From Alphaproteobacteria bacterium (GTDB taxonomy: Bacteria > Pseudomonadota > Alphaproteobacteria > SMXP01), in NCBI GenBank assembly GCA_028285305.1, contig JANQPV010000004.1, forward strand, positions 41,685 to 105,684: a stretch of 64,000 nt of DNA, read 5' to 3'. Position 1 is the first letter of the stretch, and every line of letters begins with the position of its first letter. This document shows positions 10,241 to 21,062 of this stretch, in pieces. The notes beneath the pieces were generated by a model. The model did not search any database. It worked only from the letters and a program-made list of their open reading frames with translations, and was not told where the DNA came from. Both the position numbers and the translations under genes were made by a program.

Positions 10241-11086
10241 TCACGCCGGCAGCCTCGTATCGTCCTTTTTGTGCTTCATCACTTCCGCCGCCAGTTTCAC
10301 ATAGGCCTTGCTGCCCGAACATTTATGGTCGTACAGCAACGCCGGAATACCATGAGAGGGCGCCTCGGAAATCCGGACATTTCGCGGAATGATGGTGGAA
10401 TAGACCTTGTCGCCCAGATGCTCACGCACATCGTCCGCCACTTGACTGGACAAATTGTTCCGCTTGTCGAACATGGTCAGAACGATGCCTTCAATCTCCA
10501 AATCCGGATTGAGCGTCGACTTGACCCGATTGATGGTCCGCAGAAGCTCGCTCAGCCCCTCCAAGGCAAAAAACTCGCACTGCAGCGGCACGACCACCCC
10601 ATCGGCCGCCGCCAAAGCATTCACCGTGAGCACATCAAGCGATGGTGGACAATCGATCAGCACATAATCGATGCCCCCACCCGGTTGCCCGGTTCTATTT
10701 TCTAGTGATTTAATCAGCCCACGGATTGTATCGCGAAGCCGGAAAGACCGCCGGTCCATACTGAGAAGTTCGGTGCTCGCACCGGCCAGGTCCCGAACCG
10801 CCGGAATCAAAAACACATTTGGAACTGACGTTTCTCGGATCGCCTCCTCAACCGGACAGTCGCCGATCAACACATCATAGATCGACGGATTGCGCTCCTC
10901 AGGCATCAGGCCAAGACCCGTACTCGCATTGCCTTGCGGGTCCATATCAATGAGCAGCACCTTTTTGCCGACGGCCCCCATGGCCGTCCCAATATTGACT
11001 GTTGTGGTGGTTTTGCCGACACCGCCTTTTTGATTCGCGACAGCAAAGACTCGAGGAGAGGACCCGTCCCCATGTGAGTTAATCAT
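10241..11086 (-). CDS. parA: chromosome partitioning ATPase ParA
   Basis: Deviant Walker A VANQKGGVGKTTT. 4-bp overlap with rsmG. Confidence 0.9.
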   Translation of the reverse strand: MINSHGDGSSPRVFAVANQKGGVGKTTTTVNIGTAMGAVGKKVLLIDMDPQGNASTGLGLMPEERNPSIYDVLIGDCPVEEAIRETSVPNVFLIPAVRDLAGASTELLSMDRRSFRLRDTIRGLIKSLENRTGQPGGGIDYVLIDCPPSLDVLTVNALAAADGVVVPLQCEFFALEGLSELLRTINRVKSTLNPDLEIEGIVLTMFDKRNNLSSQVADDVREHLGDKVYSTIIPRNVRISEAPSHGIPALLYDHKCSGSKAYVKLAAEVMKHKKDDTRLPA

Positions 11087-11724
11087 TTTACCGCATGTAC
11101 GCTGTTAAGAATCAGAATTCGACCAGTAGAATCGGTTAGGGAGTCTACCGAGTCGGCATCAAATGTCCAATCATTGCGCGCCGCATCGACCTCTTCCTTC
11201 CACCGTTTTCCTTTAAGGAAAAGAAAACGCGTTTCAGAATGGGACAATGGCGCAGCCAATCGCAGTAGATCGGGCAGGGGCGCCAGCGCCCGGGCGGTGA
11301 TGCAATCAAACGGACCAAACGTAGCCTCTTCTAGGCGGGCGTTTTCGACGGAGACGTCGAGTCCCATCTCCAGGGCCGCTGTTTTTAGGAACACACACTT
11401 TCGCTGATCCGCTTCGACCAGTGTCACCTGCAAGGGAGATGACCCTTCACTCCGCAAAAGAGCCAAAATGAGTCCAGGAAACCCTGCCCCGCTTCCCATA
11501 TCCAAAAGCGAACAAGCATTCGCGGGGATCAAGGGCAACAACTGAGCGCTGTCAATAAAGTGCCGCTGCCAGACATCATTGAGGGTTTTTAGCCCCACCA
11601 GATTGATGGTTGGCTGCCATTTCCACAAAAGAGTCTTGTATTTGGAGAGTTTGTTCACAGTTTCACGTGAAACAGGTGTGCCGGCAGCCTTCTCGAAGAG
11701 CTCCACATGGGACTGATCGCTCAT
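11083..11724 (-). CDS. rsmG: 16S rRNA (guanine527-N7)-methyltransferase RsmG (GidB)
   Basis: SAM-binding LLDMGSGAGFPGL. Position between mnmG and parA as in many alphaproteobacteria. Confidence 0.85.
   Translation of the reverse strand: MSDQSHVELFEKAAGTPVSRETVNKLSKYKTLLWKWQPTINLVGLKTLNDVWQRHFIDSAQLLPLIPANACSLLDMGSGAGFPGLILALLRSEGSSPLQVTLVEADQRKCVFLKTAALEMGLDVSVENARLEEATFGPFDCITARALAPLPDLLRLAAPLSHSETRFLFLKGKRWKEEVDAARNDWTFDADSVDSLTDSTGRILILNSVHAVK
11659..11674. promoter_or_regulatory. parS-like centromere site inside rsmG
   Basis: aGTTTCACGTGAAACA matches the tGTTTCACGTGAAACa parS consensus at 15 of 16 positions. Confidence 0.6.
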
Positions 11725-11742
11725 TCAGCTTAAGCCACAGTT

Positions 11743-13638
11743 TTACTGTCCGATCCCGGTACGTTGGAATCCCGCCCTCGCCCCCTTTTTGATGGCGACC
11801 AGAATCAGTGTGATCGCCGCAGGCGTCATCCCGTCGATGCGGCTGGCCTGACCAAGGGTTGCCGGCCGAATCGAATTGAGCTTTTCCGTCAACTCGTTTG
11901 AGAGACCGCTTATGGACGTGTACTCGAAATGGGCCGGGATTTTGATGGCTTCGTCCCGCTTGAACGCAACGACATCCGCTTCCTGGCGCTCCAGATAGGC
12001 CGCATATTGCGCTTCGATTTCCAATTGCTCGGCCACATTCGAACTAACGGCCTGCAGCTCCGGCCACACTTGCACAAGTCTGTCGAAATCGATTGAAGGA
12101 TACGACAAGAGTTCAAACGCGCTGCGGGTTTTTCCGTCCTGATTGACCGGCAGACCTGCCCTCTTGGCAGCCGCCGATGTCAGCGTTTTCGCCCGCAGTT
12201 CCGATCGCACTTGGGATAGCCCAGCAACCTTCGCCGAGAAGGCGTCTCCTCGTTCTGGACCCACAAGCCCAAAGTCCAGTCCCACAGGGGTGAGGCGCTG
12301 GTCGGCATTATCCGCTCTCAGGGACAACCGGTATTCGGCCCGTGACGTAAACATCCGGTAAGGCTCGCTGACCCCGCGTGTGGTCAAATCGTCGATCAGA
12401 ACTCCAATATAGGCTTCGTTTCGTCCAAGGGTGAAAGAACGGAAAGAGCCTTCGGCTCTCAGGGCACCATTGACGCCTGCCACCAAACCCTGAGCGGCCG
12501 CTTCCTCATATCCCGTCGTGCCATTGATTTGGCCCGCCAAGAAAAGTCCCGGCACCCGTTTGGTTTCCAGCGCGAGCATAAGCTCTCTCGGATCCACATA
12601 ATCGTACTCAATCGCATAGCCAAAGCGTTTGACCCGGACATCCGCCAAACCGGGAATGGTCCGCAAGAAAGCGTCTTGCACATCTTCGGGAAGGGAGGTC
12701 GAAATACCGTTTGGATAGACGGTATCGTCCTCCAATCCTTCCGGCTCCAAGAAGATTTGATGAGATCCTTTCTCTGCAAACCGAACCACTTTGTCTTCGA
12801 TCGAAGGGCAGTAGCGGGGACCCACGCCCTCAATCTGACCGGAGTAAACCGAAGACTTAGAGAGATTCTCGCGGATGATCTGGTGAGTTGCCTCAGTTGT
12901 GTTGGCAATAAAGCAAGAAATCTGGCGTTGGGGTGGGGACTCCGTCAAAAACGAAAAGGGGACGGGATCGGAATCTCCGGGCTGCTCCTCAAGCTGGGAC
13001 CAATCGATGCTCGTTCCATCAAGCCGGGCAGGGGTCCCGGTTTTCAATCGCCCCATTTGAAACTTTAATCCATAGAGGGTCTCGGCGAGTCCGATCGCCG
13101 GCCGGTCCCCAACGCGGCCCGCGGGGATCCGTTTTTCTCCAATATGAATTTCGCCCCGCAAAAACGTTCCCGTCGTCAAGACCACGGCACCGGCAGAATA
13201 AATGCGGCCCGAAGCCCCGACAGCTCCAGCAACGACTCCCTTCGAAATCACGAGATCCTCAACCGCCTCTGCGTGGATCGTCAAATTCGGAAGGCTTGCC
13301 AGCTCCCGCTGCATGCCCTCTTTGTAAAGCCGTCGATCCGATTGTGCCCTTGGGCCTTGCACGGCCGGCCCCTTGCGCCGGTTGAGCAATCTGAATTGGA
13401 TACCGGCGTAATCGGCAACCCGGCCCATCACGCCATCAAGCGCATCAATTTCTCGAACCAAATGGCCTTTTCCCAAACCCCCGATCGCCGGGTTACAGGA
13501 CATCTCGCCAATGGTTTCGATTTTATGGGTCAAGAGGAGGGTCGACGCACCCAGTCGCGCAGCCGCGGCCGCGGCCTCACAGCCCGCGTGTCCGCCGCCG
13601 ATGACAATAACGTCAAATGCCGTTTGGTGATCGCCCAT
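11743..13638 (-). CDS. mnmG: tRNA uridine-5-carboxymethylaminomethyl modification enzyme MnmG (GidA)
   Basis: FAD motif [14 protein letters not shown], 631 aa, strongly conserved throughout. Confidence 0.95.
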   Translation of the reverse strand: MGDHQTAFDVIVIGGGHAGCEAAAAAARLGASTLLLTHKIETIGEMSCNPAIGGLGKGHLVREIDALDGVMGRVADYAGIQFRLLNRRKGPAVQGPRAQSDRRLYKEGMQRELASLPNLTIHAEAVEDLVISKGVVAGAVGASGRIYSAGAVVLTTGTFLRGEIHIGEKRIPAGRVGDRPAIGLAETLYGLKFQMGRLKTGTPARLDGTSIDWSQLEEQPGDSDPVPFSFLTESPPQRQISCFIANTTEATHQIIRENLSKSSVYSGQIEGVGPRYCPSIEDKVVRFAEKGSHQIFLEPEGLEDDTVYPNGISTSLPEDVQDAFLRTIPGLADVRVKRFGYAIEYDYVDPRELMLALETKRVPGLFLAGQINGTTGYEEAAAQGLVAGVNGALRAEGSFRSFTLGRNEAYIGVLIDDLTTRGVSEPYRMFTSRAEYRLSLRADNADQRLTPVGLDFGLVGPERGDAFSAKVAGLSQVRSELRAKTLTSAAAKRAGLPVNQDGKTRSAFELLSYPSIDFDRLVQVWPELQAVSSNVAEQLEIEAQYAAYLERQEADVVAFKRDEAIKIPAHFEYTSISGLSNELTEKLNSIRPATLGQASRIDGMTPAAITLILVAIKKGARAGFQRTGIGQ

Positions 13639-13666
13639 TCGCCGACCTCAGAAAATTCTGACCCAA

Positions 13667-13682
13667 TGATTCACGTGAAACA
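13667..13682. promoter_or_regulatory. parS-like site in the mnmE-mnmG intergenic region
   Basis: TGaTTCACGTGAAACA, 15/16 match to the parS consensus. Confidence 0.55.
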
Positions 13683-15026
13683 CTACTTACCGATGCAAAA
13701 CTCTTGAAAGACCAGATCGAGGACTTCTTCCACATTCACCTGACCGGTCACTTCGCCGAGAGTGCGCAAAGCCAGCCTGATATGCTCCGCAACGACCGCG
13801 ATATCAAGTGTTTCCAACTCGATCAGTTCACCAAGACGGCAGGCCACTTGAGCGAGCAAGTGCCGATGACGGGCACGGGTGAGGGCAGGGGTCGCGGAAA
13901 AAGCATAGGCCTCCTGAACGACATCACTCAAATGCGCCAACAGGGACTCCAAACCCAATCCCGAAGCTGCCGAAAGCTCGAATGCCGTCAAATTACCGGG
14001 AAGACTTCTGCTAGGGGGAGCTCCAATATCCATTTTGTTTACAACGAGCACATCGTGCGGACGGCGCGCCTCCTCAAAGAGCTCGACCAGTCCCGCATCC
14101 CAAGCGGTATCGCAAGACGTCAACCATATGCGGATCTCCGCCGCCTCCGCCGCCGCTTTGGCTCGCCGCACCCCTTCCCGCTCAATCGGCTCTGAACTCG
14201 TCCGGAGCCCAGCCGTATCTCGAAAAATCACCGGAACACCGTTCAAGTCCAAACGGCTTTCGACCACATCTCGGGTTGTCCCGGCTATGTCGGAAACGAT
14301 TGCGACGTCTTGGTGAGTCAGAGCGTTCAGCAAGCTCGACTTTCCGACATTGGGGGGTCCCAGCAAAACCACGTCCACCCCATCGCGCAGCACCTGCCCT
14401 CGCCGATTGTCCGCCAAATGGGACCGCACCTCGTCGCGCAAGCCCGCAACTTCCGGAAGATGCAAACGCCACTGCCCCTCAGGTACATCTTCGTCCGGAA
14501 AGTCGATTTCCGCCTCAACAGCCGCCAAAACGCGCACCAATCGATCCCGCCAACCGAAATAAATTTTGGAAAGCGCACCGTCCATCTGATGCAACGCCTG
14601 CTGTCGCTGAGCATCCGTCTCCGCGGACAAAAGATCGGAAAGCGCTTCCACCTGGAGGAGATCATATTTGCCGTTGGCAAAAGCCCGCCGCGTAAACTCG
14701 CCGGGCTCGGCGGGCCGGCATCCAAGATCGATAAGCAGCTGACCCAGTTTTACAACCACGGCTCGGCTGCCGTGAAAATGAAACTCGGCCACATCTTCGC
14801 CGGTAAAGGACTGGGGCCCTTTGAACCAGACGCACATCCCGCGATCGACAAGATCTCCGCTCTTAGGGTCAACGAACGCCGAATAGGTCAGCTCCCGCTC
14901 CCTGCCCTGTCCCCTTGAAGTCAGCCCATCAAGAACCTCTTGAGCTTGGCTGCCTGACACGCGAATCACGGCAACACCGGAAACACCTTTGGGCGTTGCG
15001 AGAGCGAAGATGGTCTCTTGGTTCAC
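13683..15026 (-). CDS. mnmE: tRNA modification GTPase MnmE (TrmE)
   Basis: G-domain GPPNVGKSSLLNAL and DTAGLR, plus the C-terminal CIGK tetrapeptide. Confidence 0.9.
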   Translation of the reverse strand: MNQETIFALATPKGVSGVAVIRVSGSQAQEVLDGLTSRGQGRERELTYSAFVDPKSGDLVDRGMCVWFKGPQSFTGEDVAEFHFHGSRAVVVKLGQLLIDLGCRPAEPGEFTRRAFANGKYDLLQVEALSDLLSAETDAQRQQALHQMDGALSKIYFGWRDRLVRVLAAVEAEIDFPDEDVPEGQWRLHLPEVAGLRDEVRSHLADNRRGQVLRDGVDVVLLGPPNVGKSSLLNALTHQDVAIVSDIAGTTRDVVESRLDLNGVPVIFRDTAGLRTSSEPIEREGVRRAKAAAEAAEIRIWLTSCDTAWDAGLVELFEEARRPHDVLVVNKMDIGAPPSRSLPGNLTAFELSAASGLGLESLLAHLSDVVQEAYAFSATPALTRARHRHLLAQVACRLGELIELETLDIAVVAEHIRLALRTLGEVTGQVNVEEVLDLVFQEFCIGK

Positions 15027-15057
15027 ATGGCTTATCCTGATTCACGCCATCTCTGAT

Positions 15058-15303
15058 TTACTTCTCGTCCGGCTCCGGCTCGTTACTTTTCGGGGTCATC
15101 GCGGCGCGCATCACCTTTTGGATTTCTTCGAGACCCTTACCCGCCACCGGAAACCAAAGTTTTGTTATCAACTCCGGATTCAAAAGACCGCCGGATTCCA
15201 CAAAACGCGCCATCAAGTCTTCGTTGAACTGAGAGACATCCGGCAATCCCAAAAAACGCCGCGCTTCCTCCGGAGAACAATCAACTTCGATTGTAACTTT
15301 CAT
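15058..15303 (-). CDS. small conserved hypothetical protein upstream of mnmE
   Basis: 81-aa ORF 31 bp upstream of mnmE on the same strand. Good coding GC3. Confidence 0.4.
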   Translation of the reverse strand: MKVTIEVDCSPEEARRFLGLPDVSQFNEDLMARFVESGGLLNPELITKLWFPVAGKGLEEIQKVMRAAMTPKSNEPEPDEK

Positions 15304-15430
15304 GACCCATCATCCTTTCCTACGATCCCACCTAGCACCCGGCATTCTTTTGCGGCAAAACTTTTGTTTGTGCTAACAAGCCGCATCCCTTCACCAAAAC
15401 CTTTTTACGTACCCAGAGGAGACATCGATC

Positions 15431-16126
15431 ATGGGACAAGACATCACTATTTCATCGCCGGATGGAAACTTTTCGGGCTACCTCGCTTTACCTTCAAGCG
15501 GCACGGGTCCCGGCATCGTCGTGATGCAAGAAATCTTCGGCGTGAACAAAGTTATGCGCGACATTTGCGATGACCTCGCAAGCGAAGGGTTCGTCGCATT
15601 ATGCCCGGATCTCTTCTGGCGGATCGAGCCTAACATTCAACTCACCGATCAGTCCCAAGCAGAGTGGGATAAAGCCTTTGAACTTTTTGGGAAGTTCGAT
15701 GCCGATTCCGGCGTAAAAGACATCCAATCCACAATCACCACACTTAGAAATCATGAAGCCTGCAGCGGCAAAGTCGGCACGGTTGGCTATTGTCTAGGTG
15801 GCTTTCTCGCCTACTTGTCTTCAACGCGCACGGACACCGACGGATCTGTGGGCTATTACGGCGTCAACATCCAAGAAAAACTTGATGAGGCCGCCAACAT
15901 CAAAAAACCGCTGATGCTTCACGTTGCGGCAAGAGACAGCTTTGTTCCGCCGGAAGCGCAAGAGGCGGTCGCGAATGGTCTCGGCGGCAATTCTCTGGTC
16001 ACAATCCATACTTATGCGGACCGCGAACATGCATTCGCACGTGTTGGAGGGGAGCATTACCACGAGGCAGATGCGACCTCAGCAAATGCGAGGACCCGTT
16101 CGTTCTTTAATGAGTGTTTGAGTTAA
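15431..16126 (+). CDS. dienelactone hydrolase family protein
   Basis: GPGIVVMQEIFGVN and GYCLGG nucleophile motif, with a terminal His region. Confidence 0.8.
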   Translation: MGQDITISSPDGNFSGYLALPSSGTGPGIVVMQEIFGVNKVMRDICDDLASEGFVALCPDLFWRIEPNIQLTDQSQAEWDKAFELFGKFDADSGVKDIQSTITTLRNHEACSGKVGTVGYCLGGFLAYLSSTRTDTDGSVGYYGVNIQEKLDEAANIKKPLMLHVAARDSFVPPEAQEAVANGLGGNSLVTIHTYADREHAFARVGGEHYHEADATSANARTRSFFNECLS

Positions 16127-16207
16127 AGATCAGTTTCACGCGAAACAGTATATGATTTCAAAGAACTGTTCGGCGACCTCGACAAGGGGAGTTCGAATTC
16201 AATGACC

Positions 16208-17482
16208 CTAAGTGTTCATTGAATCAAAGAACTCCTCATTCGCCTTCGTCTGACGAAGCTTATCGAGCAAGAACTCCATCGCATCTGTCGTTCCCATGGG
16301 ATTGAGGATCCGGCGAAGGACATACATCTTTTGAAGAATGTCCTTTTCGACAAGGAGTTCTTCTTTCCGTGTGCCCGACTTAACGACGTCAATCGCAGGA
16401 AAGACGCGTTTGTCGGCAAGCTTGCGATCGAGCACAATCTCTGAGTTGCCAGTTCCTTTGAACTCTTCGAAAATCACTTCGTCCATGCGGCTGCCCGTGT
16501 CGATAAGAGCCGTTGCAATGATCGTCAGCGAGCCACCTTCTTCAATGTTTCGAGCCGCCCCGAAGAAACGTTTCGGCCGCTGCAAAGCATTTGCATCGAC
16601 GCCGCCCGTCAAGACCTTTCCGGAAGACGGAACAACTGTGTTGTAGGCACGGCCTAAGCGCGTGATCGAATCGAGGAGAATGACGACGTCCCGGCCGTGT
16701 TCGACGAGACGCTTTGCCTTTTCAATAATCATCTCCGCAACTTGCACATGGCGGGTTGCCGGTTCGTCGAACGTTGAACTGACGACTTCACCCCTCACCG
16801 ACCTCTGCATATCGGTCACTTCTTCCGGCCGCTCGTCAATCAAAAGGACAATCAAATAGCACTCAGGCTGATTGGCCGTAATCGAATGGGCGATGTTCTG
16901 GAGAAGAACCGTCTTACCGGTCCGCGGGGGCGCAACAATAAGGGCCCTTTGACCCTTTCCGAGAGGAGCAACCAAATCGATAACCCGAGAGCTAAAATCT
17001 TTCGTCTCTGTGGGATCGGGCAACTCCATATGAAGCCGCTCATCCGGATAGAGCGGCGTAAGATTGTCAAAGTGAACTTTGTGACGCGCTTTTTCAGGGT
17101 CATCAAAGTTGATCGCCACAACCTTCAGGAGAGCGAAGTACCGTTCGCCATCTTTAGGGCTGCGGATCTGACCCTCGACGGTATCACCCGTCCGCAAGGA
17201 AAATCGCCGGATTTGGCTAGGGCTCACATAAATATCGTCAGGACCGGGTAAGTAGTTCGATTCGGGAGACCGAAGGAAACCAAATCCATCCTGCAAGACT
17301 TCAAGAACCCCACCCCCAGTAATCTCAACATCTTGCTCAGCAAGTTGCTTGAGTATTGCGAACATCATGTCTTGCTTTCTCATGGTGCTCGCGTTTTCGA
17401 CTTCGAGCTCCTCAGCAAACTCAAGGAGTTCGGTAGGAGACTTAGCCTTAAGCTCTTGCAACTTTAGTTCTTGAAAAGTCAT
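16208..17482 (-). CDS. rho: transcription termination factor Rho
   Basis: N-terminal domain, Walker A PPRTGKT and the Q/R loops. 424 aa. Confidence 0.95.
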   Translation of the reverse strand: MTFQELKLQELKAKSPTELLEFAEELEVENASTMRKQDMMFAILKQLAEQDVEITGGGVLEVLQDGFGFLRSPESNYLPGPDDIYVSPSQIRRFSLRTGDTVEGQIRSPKDGERYFALLKVVAINFDDPEKARHKVHFDNLTPLYPDERLHMELPDPTETKDFSSRVIDLVAPLGKGQRALIVAPPRTGKTVLLQNIAHSITANQPECYLIVLLIDERPEEVTDMQRSVRGEVVSSTFDEPATRHVQVAEMIIEKAKRLVEHGRDVVILLDSITRLGRAYNTVVPSSGKVLTGGVDANALQRPKRFFGAARNIEEGGSLTIIATALIDTGSRMDEVIFEEFKGTGNSEIVLDRKLADKRVFPAIDVVKSGTRKEELLVEKDILQKMYVLRRILNPMGTTDAMEFLLDKLRQTKANEEFFDSMNT

Positions 17483-18048
17483 GGCAGTTTCTTGTTTGGA
17501 AATAGGAGGTCGACGCTATCGAAGGGAGCAGTAAGCAGGCCAGCAGGCTGTACTCAACAGCTTTGGACGATCACTGAATAACAAAACTCCGGGAAAAGGA
17601 GCGTGTCGACTGTTTGAAGAATGTCTCTGATCAAAGGCTGATTATCACACCGGAAAAAAATAGCAAGAGAAACCTAAATAAGTCTTGTTCCCGAAAGATC
17701 ACCAAAATGCGAATTTCTACTTTTTCCTTTTCTAAGAAAGTATTTTTTATAGAAGAAGATTGTTGAGCCTGTGAGATACTGGGAACACGCCTTGTTAGCG
17801 CGAAAATGTGAACAGCCTTTCGGTGTTTTGTGCATCGAGAGCCTAAGGATTTCCGGGCGTCAGGGAAGGGTTTACACAAAGTTAAAGGAATTCACACACC
17901 AAGGAATTCACATGTGGTCTAAGAGGACTTCACGCTGAGTCCTTGGTGACAATTTTATAACAATTCTTACCGTGAGATTGGTCTGGCCGGATTCTGTCGA
18001 ATTTGAGTCACAATTCCTCCACAAATCGTTAACGGAAATGGAGCGCCG
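17483..18048 (-). promoter_or_regulatory. long AT-rich 5' leader / promoter region upstream of rho
   Basis: 566-bp non-coding, low-GC stretch immediately upstream of rho. Rho genes typically have long autoregulated leaders. Confidence 0.35.
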
Positions 18049-18927
18049 GTGGCGGAGAAACAGAGAAAGTTTTTCACATATTTTCATCTTCACTTGGTGT
18101 CTGATGCAACCGGAGAGACGCTGAACGCGATCTCTCGGGCGAGTTGCGGCCAGTTCGAAAGTGTGAAGCCGATTGAACACGTTTACGCCCTGGTTCGATC
18201 GGAGAGGCAACTCGATCGTGCTCTTAAGGCGATCGAAGAAGCTCCTGGAATTGTTCTTTATACGATCATGAACAACGCGCTTCGCCTAAAACTAGAAACC
18301 AGGTGTAAAGAATTGAAGGTTCCCAGCCTGTCGGTATTGGACCCTATTCTTTCAAAACTGGGGAGTTACCTTGGTCAAGAATTCTCTCACAAAATCGGGG
18401 CCCAGCATGAGTTGGATGCTGCCTATTTTGAACGGATTGAAGCGTTAAACTACACCATCACCCATGATGACGGGCAAAACACCCATGAACTCGAACACTC
18501 TCATGTGGTTTTGGTTGGTGTCAGTCGGACCTCAAAGACCCCGACATGTATGTACTTGGCGAACCGAGGCATCAAAGCAGCCAACGTGCCTGTCGTCCAA
18601 GAAGCGCCTTTGCCGCCGGAACTTGAAACTCTCAAGGCGCCGTTGGTCGTGGGCCTGATCGCATCCGCTGAACGGCTCATTCAGATTCGACGGAATCGCT
18701 TGCTCTCGCTGCAAGCAGATTTGGAAACCGATTACGTCGACCAGGAGGCTGTCCGTGGAGAGATCATTTATGCACGACGGTTGTTTGAACGTAACAAATG
18801 GCCGACCATCGATGTGACCCGCCGCTCAATTGAAGAAACGGCCGCCGCTATTCTCAGTTTACTGACGGAACAGCGTGGGTCGACCACGCTGCCTTTGGAA
18901 GGCTTTCTTCCCCAACAGGCGGTATAG
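18049..18927 (+). CDS. pyruvate,phosphate dikinase / PEP synthetase regulatory protein (bifunctional kinase-pyrophosphorylase, DUF299)
   Basis: FHLHLVSDATGET N-terminus and P-loop VGVSRTSKTP. Confidence 0.85.
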   Translation: MAEKQRKFFTYFHLHLVSDATGETLNAISRASCGQFESVKPIEHVYALVRSERQLDRALKAIEEAPGIVLYTIMNNALRLKLETRCKELKVPSLSVLDPILSKLGSYLGQEFSHKIGAQHELDAAYFERIEALNYTITHDDGQNTHELEHSHVVLVGVSRTSKTPTCMYLANRGIKAANVPVVQEAPLPPELETLKAPLVVGLIASAERLIQIRRNRLLSLQADLETDYVDQEAVRGEIIYARRLFERNKWPTIDVTRRSIEETAAAILSLLTEQRGSTTLPLEGFLPQQAV

Positions 18928-18944
18928 CCATACGAGAAAGAAAA

Positions 18945-19541
18945 ATGGCGCAATCCCTTGTTTTGGCGTCCGGAAGCAAAGTGAGAGCGAGACTGCTTCA
19001 AGACGCAGGACTCACATTTTCGATTGAACCTTCGGACGTGGATGAGGATGTCATCAAGCAGGCGCTTAAGTCCAAATCTGCATCACCCGAAGAAATTGCT
19101 GGAGCTTTGGCCGAAGCTAAATCCAAAGCAAGCACACAAAGTAAAGATCGTCTCGTGATCGGCGCGGATCAGATCCTTGTTCAAGGGAGCGAAATGTTTG
19201 ATAAGGCAAAGACCATCTCTGAGGCGCGGGAAAAATTGAAACATCTGCGTGGCAAAACCCACCATCTTGTCTCTGCGGCCTGCGTGACCAAAGATGGGCA
19301 GGTGATTTGGAGCACGACGAACTCGGTTTTCCTGACGATGCGTGCATTTAGCGATGAATACTTGGAGGCGTATCTGTCTCGAAATCAGGAAGCGGCTCTT
19401 ACGAGTGTGGGCGCCTACCAACTAGAGGGGGAGGGTGTGCAACTCTTCGATACCATTGAGGGGGACTATTTCACGATCTTGGGGCTGCCCCTCCTGGAAA
19501 TTCTGGAAGTCCTCAGAAAAAACGCTCTTATCTCCAACTAG
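18945..19541 (+). CDS. maf: Maf-like nucleoside triphosphate pyrophosphatase
   Basis: LVLASGSKVRARLL and GADQ motifs. Synteny maf-aroE-coaE-dnaQ. Confidence 0.85.
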   Translation: MAQSLVLASGSKVRARLLQDAGLTFSIEPSDVDEDVIKQALKSKSASPEEIAGALAEAKSKASTQSKDRLVIGADQILVQGSEMFDKAKTISEAREKLKHLRGKTHHLVSAACVTKDGQVIWSTTNSVFLTMRAFSDEYLEAYLSRNQEAALTSVGAYQLEGEGVQLFDTIEGDYFTILGLPLLEILEVLRKNALISN

Positions 19542-19552
19542 CTCGGATAGTC

Positions 19553-20419
19553 GTGACGATTTCAGGCAAAACGAAACTCGCAGCAGTGATTGGCTGGCCA
19601 ATTGAGCACTCGCTGTCGCCGGCGCTCCATGGATTTTGGTTTATGGAACATGGACTTGATGCCGCAGTCGTGCCGTTGCCTGTAAAGCCAGAGAATTTGC
19701 GAGAAGTCATTCGGTGCCTGCCCCTAATGGGGTTTCGCGGCGCTTGGGTAACCCTTCCGCACAAAGAACAAGCACTCTCACTTCTCGATGAAGTAGATGG
19801 CGCGGGAAAGGCCATTGGCGCCGTAAATACGCTGATCTTTGGACCGGACGCCAAAATCTCAGGTAAGAACACCGATGCATTTGGCTTTCTTGAAAATCTG
19901 AAGGCCCAGCAGCCTGGCGTCCAGCTGCGCGGGAAATCGGCTATGGTGCTGGGCGCCGGCGGAGCGGCGTCAGCCATCATCCAAAGCCTAATCACGGCAG
20001 GCTGCTCGAAAATCCTCGTCTCAAACAGAACAGAAAGCCGTGCCCATACCCTCGCCTCGCATTGGAAAGAGAAGGCTGGATATCCTGTGGATGCAGTGCC
20101 TTGGGAGGCCAAGGAGAATCACTTGACCAATGTGAGCTTGCTCGTAAACACCACGTCTCTGGGTATGGTTGGACAACCTGATCTAAAGATTGGGATTGGA
20201 GGACTACCGGACACGGCAATCGTAGCGGACATCATCTATCGCCCTCTAAAAACGTCTCTTTTGCAGAAAGCCGAAGCAGCTGGCCACCCCATATGCACTG
20301 GCCTGGGAATGTTGGTGCACCAAGGGAGACCTGGCTTTGAAAGCATGTTTGGCGTGGCACCAAGCAACATCAACGGAGCCGAACAAGCTCTGATCAAAAT
20401 GTTAGGATTGGATGCATGA
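19553..20419 (+). CDS. aroE: shikimate dehydrogenase
   Basis: [16 protein letters not shown] and [12 protein letters not shown] motif. GTG start. Confidence 0.85.
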   Translation: MTISGKTKLAAVIGWPIEHSLSPALHGFWFMEHGLDAAVVPLPVKPENLREVIRCLPLMGFRGAWVTLPHKEQALSLLDEVDGAGKAIGAVNTLIFGPDAKISGKNTDAFGFLENLKAQQPGVQLRGKSAMVLGAGGAASAIIQSLITAGCSKILVSNRTESRAHTLASHWKEKAGYPVDAVPWEAKENHLTNVSLLVNTTSLGMVGQPDLKIGIGGLPDTAIVADIIYRPLKTSLLQKAEAAGHPICTGLGMLVHQGRPGFESMFGVAPSNINGAEQALIKMLGLDA

Positions 20420-21018
20420 TTAAAGTGGGTCTGACCGGTTCAATCGGCATGGGCAAGTCGACGACGGCCCAGATGTTCGCCGACGAAGGCATCCCCGTTT
20501 ACGACGCCGATCGTGAGGTGCACCTCATCTACGAAAAGGGCGGTGCGGCGGTCCCCATCGTGGCAAAACTGTTTCCCAGTGCCGTCGTAGACGGGAAAGT
20601 CGACCGCACCAAGCTTTCTAAGCTCGTCCTAAACGACAAAGAGGCTTTGAAAAAACTCGAGGCCGCTGTTCATCCGCTTGTAGGGAAGCGCCAGTTGGAG
20701 TTCCTGGAAAATAGCCGAAAACTGGGCGCGGATATGGTCGTCTTAGACATTCCGTTACTGTTTGAGACGAATGGAACCGAACGGGTGGATGTGGTGGTCG
20801 TTGTCAGCGCTCCGCGGCACGTTCAACGGACCAGAGTTCTCGAACGCGAGGGAATGTCGGAAGAAAAATTCGAATCTATCCTAGCCAAACAGACGCCTGA
20901 TGAACAAAAGCGCGCCGGAGCGGACTATATCGTGGACACCAGTCTTGGCCTCGAATCGGCGCACGAACAAGTCCGGAAGATTATTGCAAAGATTCGCCAT
21001 AACGCTTCAAATCGCTAA
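20416..21018 (+). CDS. coaE: dephospho-CoA kinase
   Basis: [13 protein letters not shown]-loop. ATGA overlap with aroE. Confidence 0.85.
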   Translation: MIKVGLTGSIGMGKSTTAQMFADEGIPVYDADREVHLIYEKGGAAVPIVAKLFPSAVVDGKVDRTKLSKLVLNDKEALKKLEAAVHPLVGKRQLEFLENSRKLGADMVVLDIPLLFETNGTERVDVVVVVSAPRHVQRTRVLEREGMSEEKFESILAKQTPDEQKRAGADYIVDTSLGLESAHEQVRKIIAKIRHNASNR

Positions 21019-21062
21019 GATGACAAAATTCTAAAGCCAAGATCTAAGGGAGGGATTGGGTC

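Noticed and set aside
19528-20112. 194-aa minus-strand ORF
   Set aside because: Antisense to aroE. No motifs.
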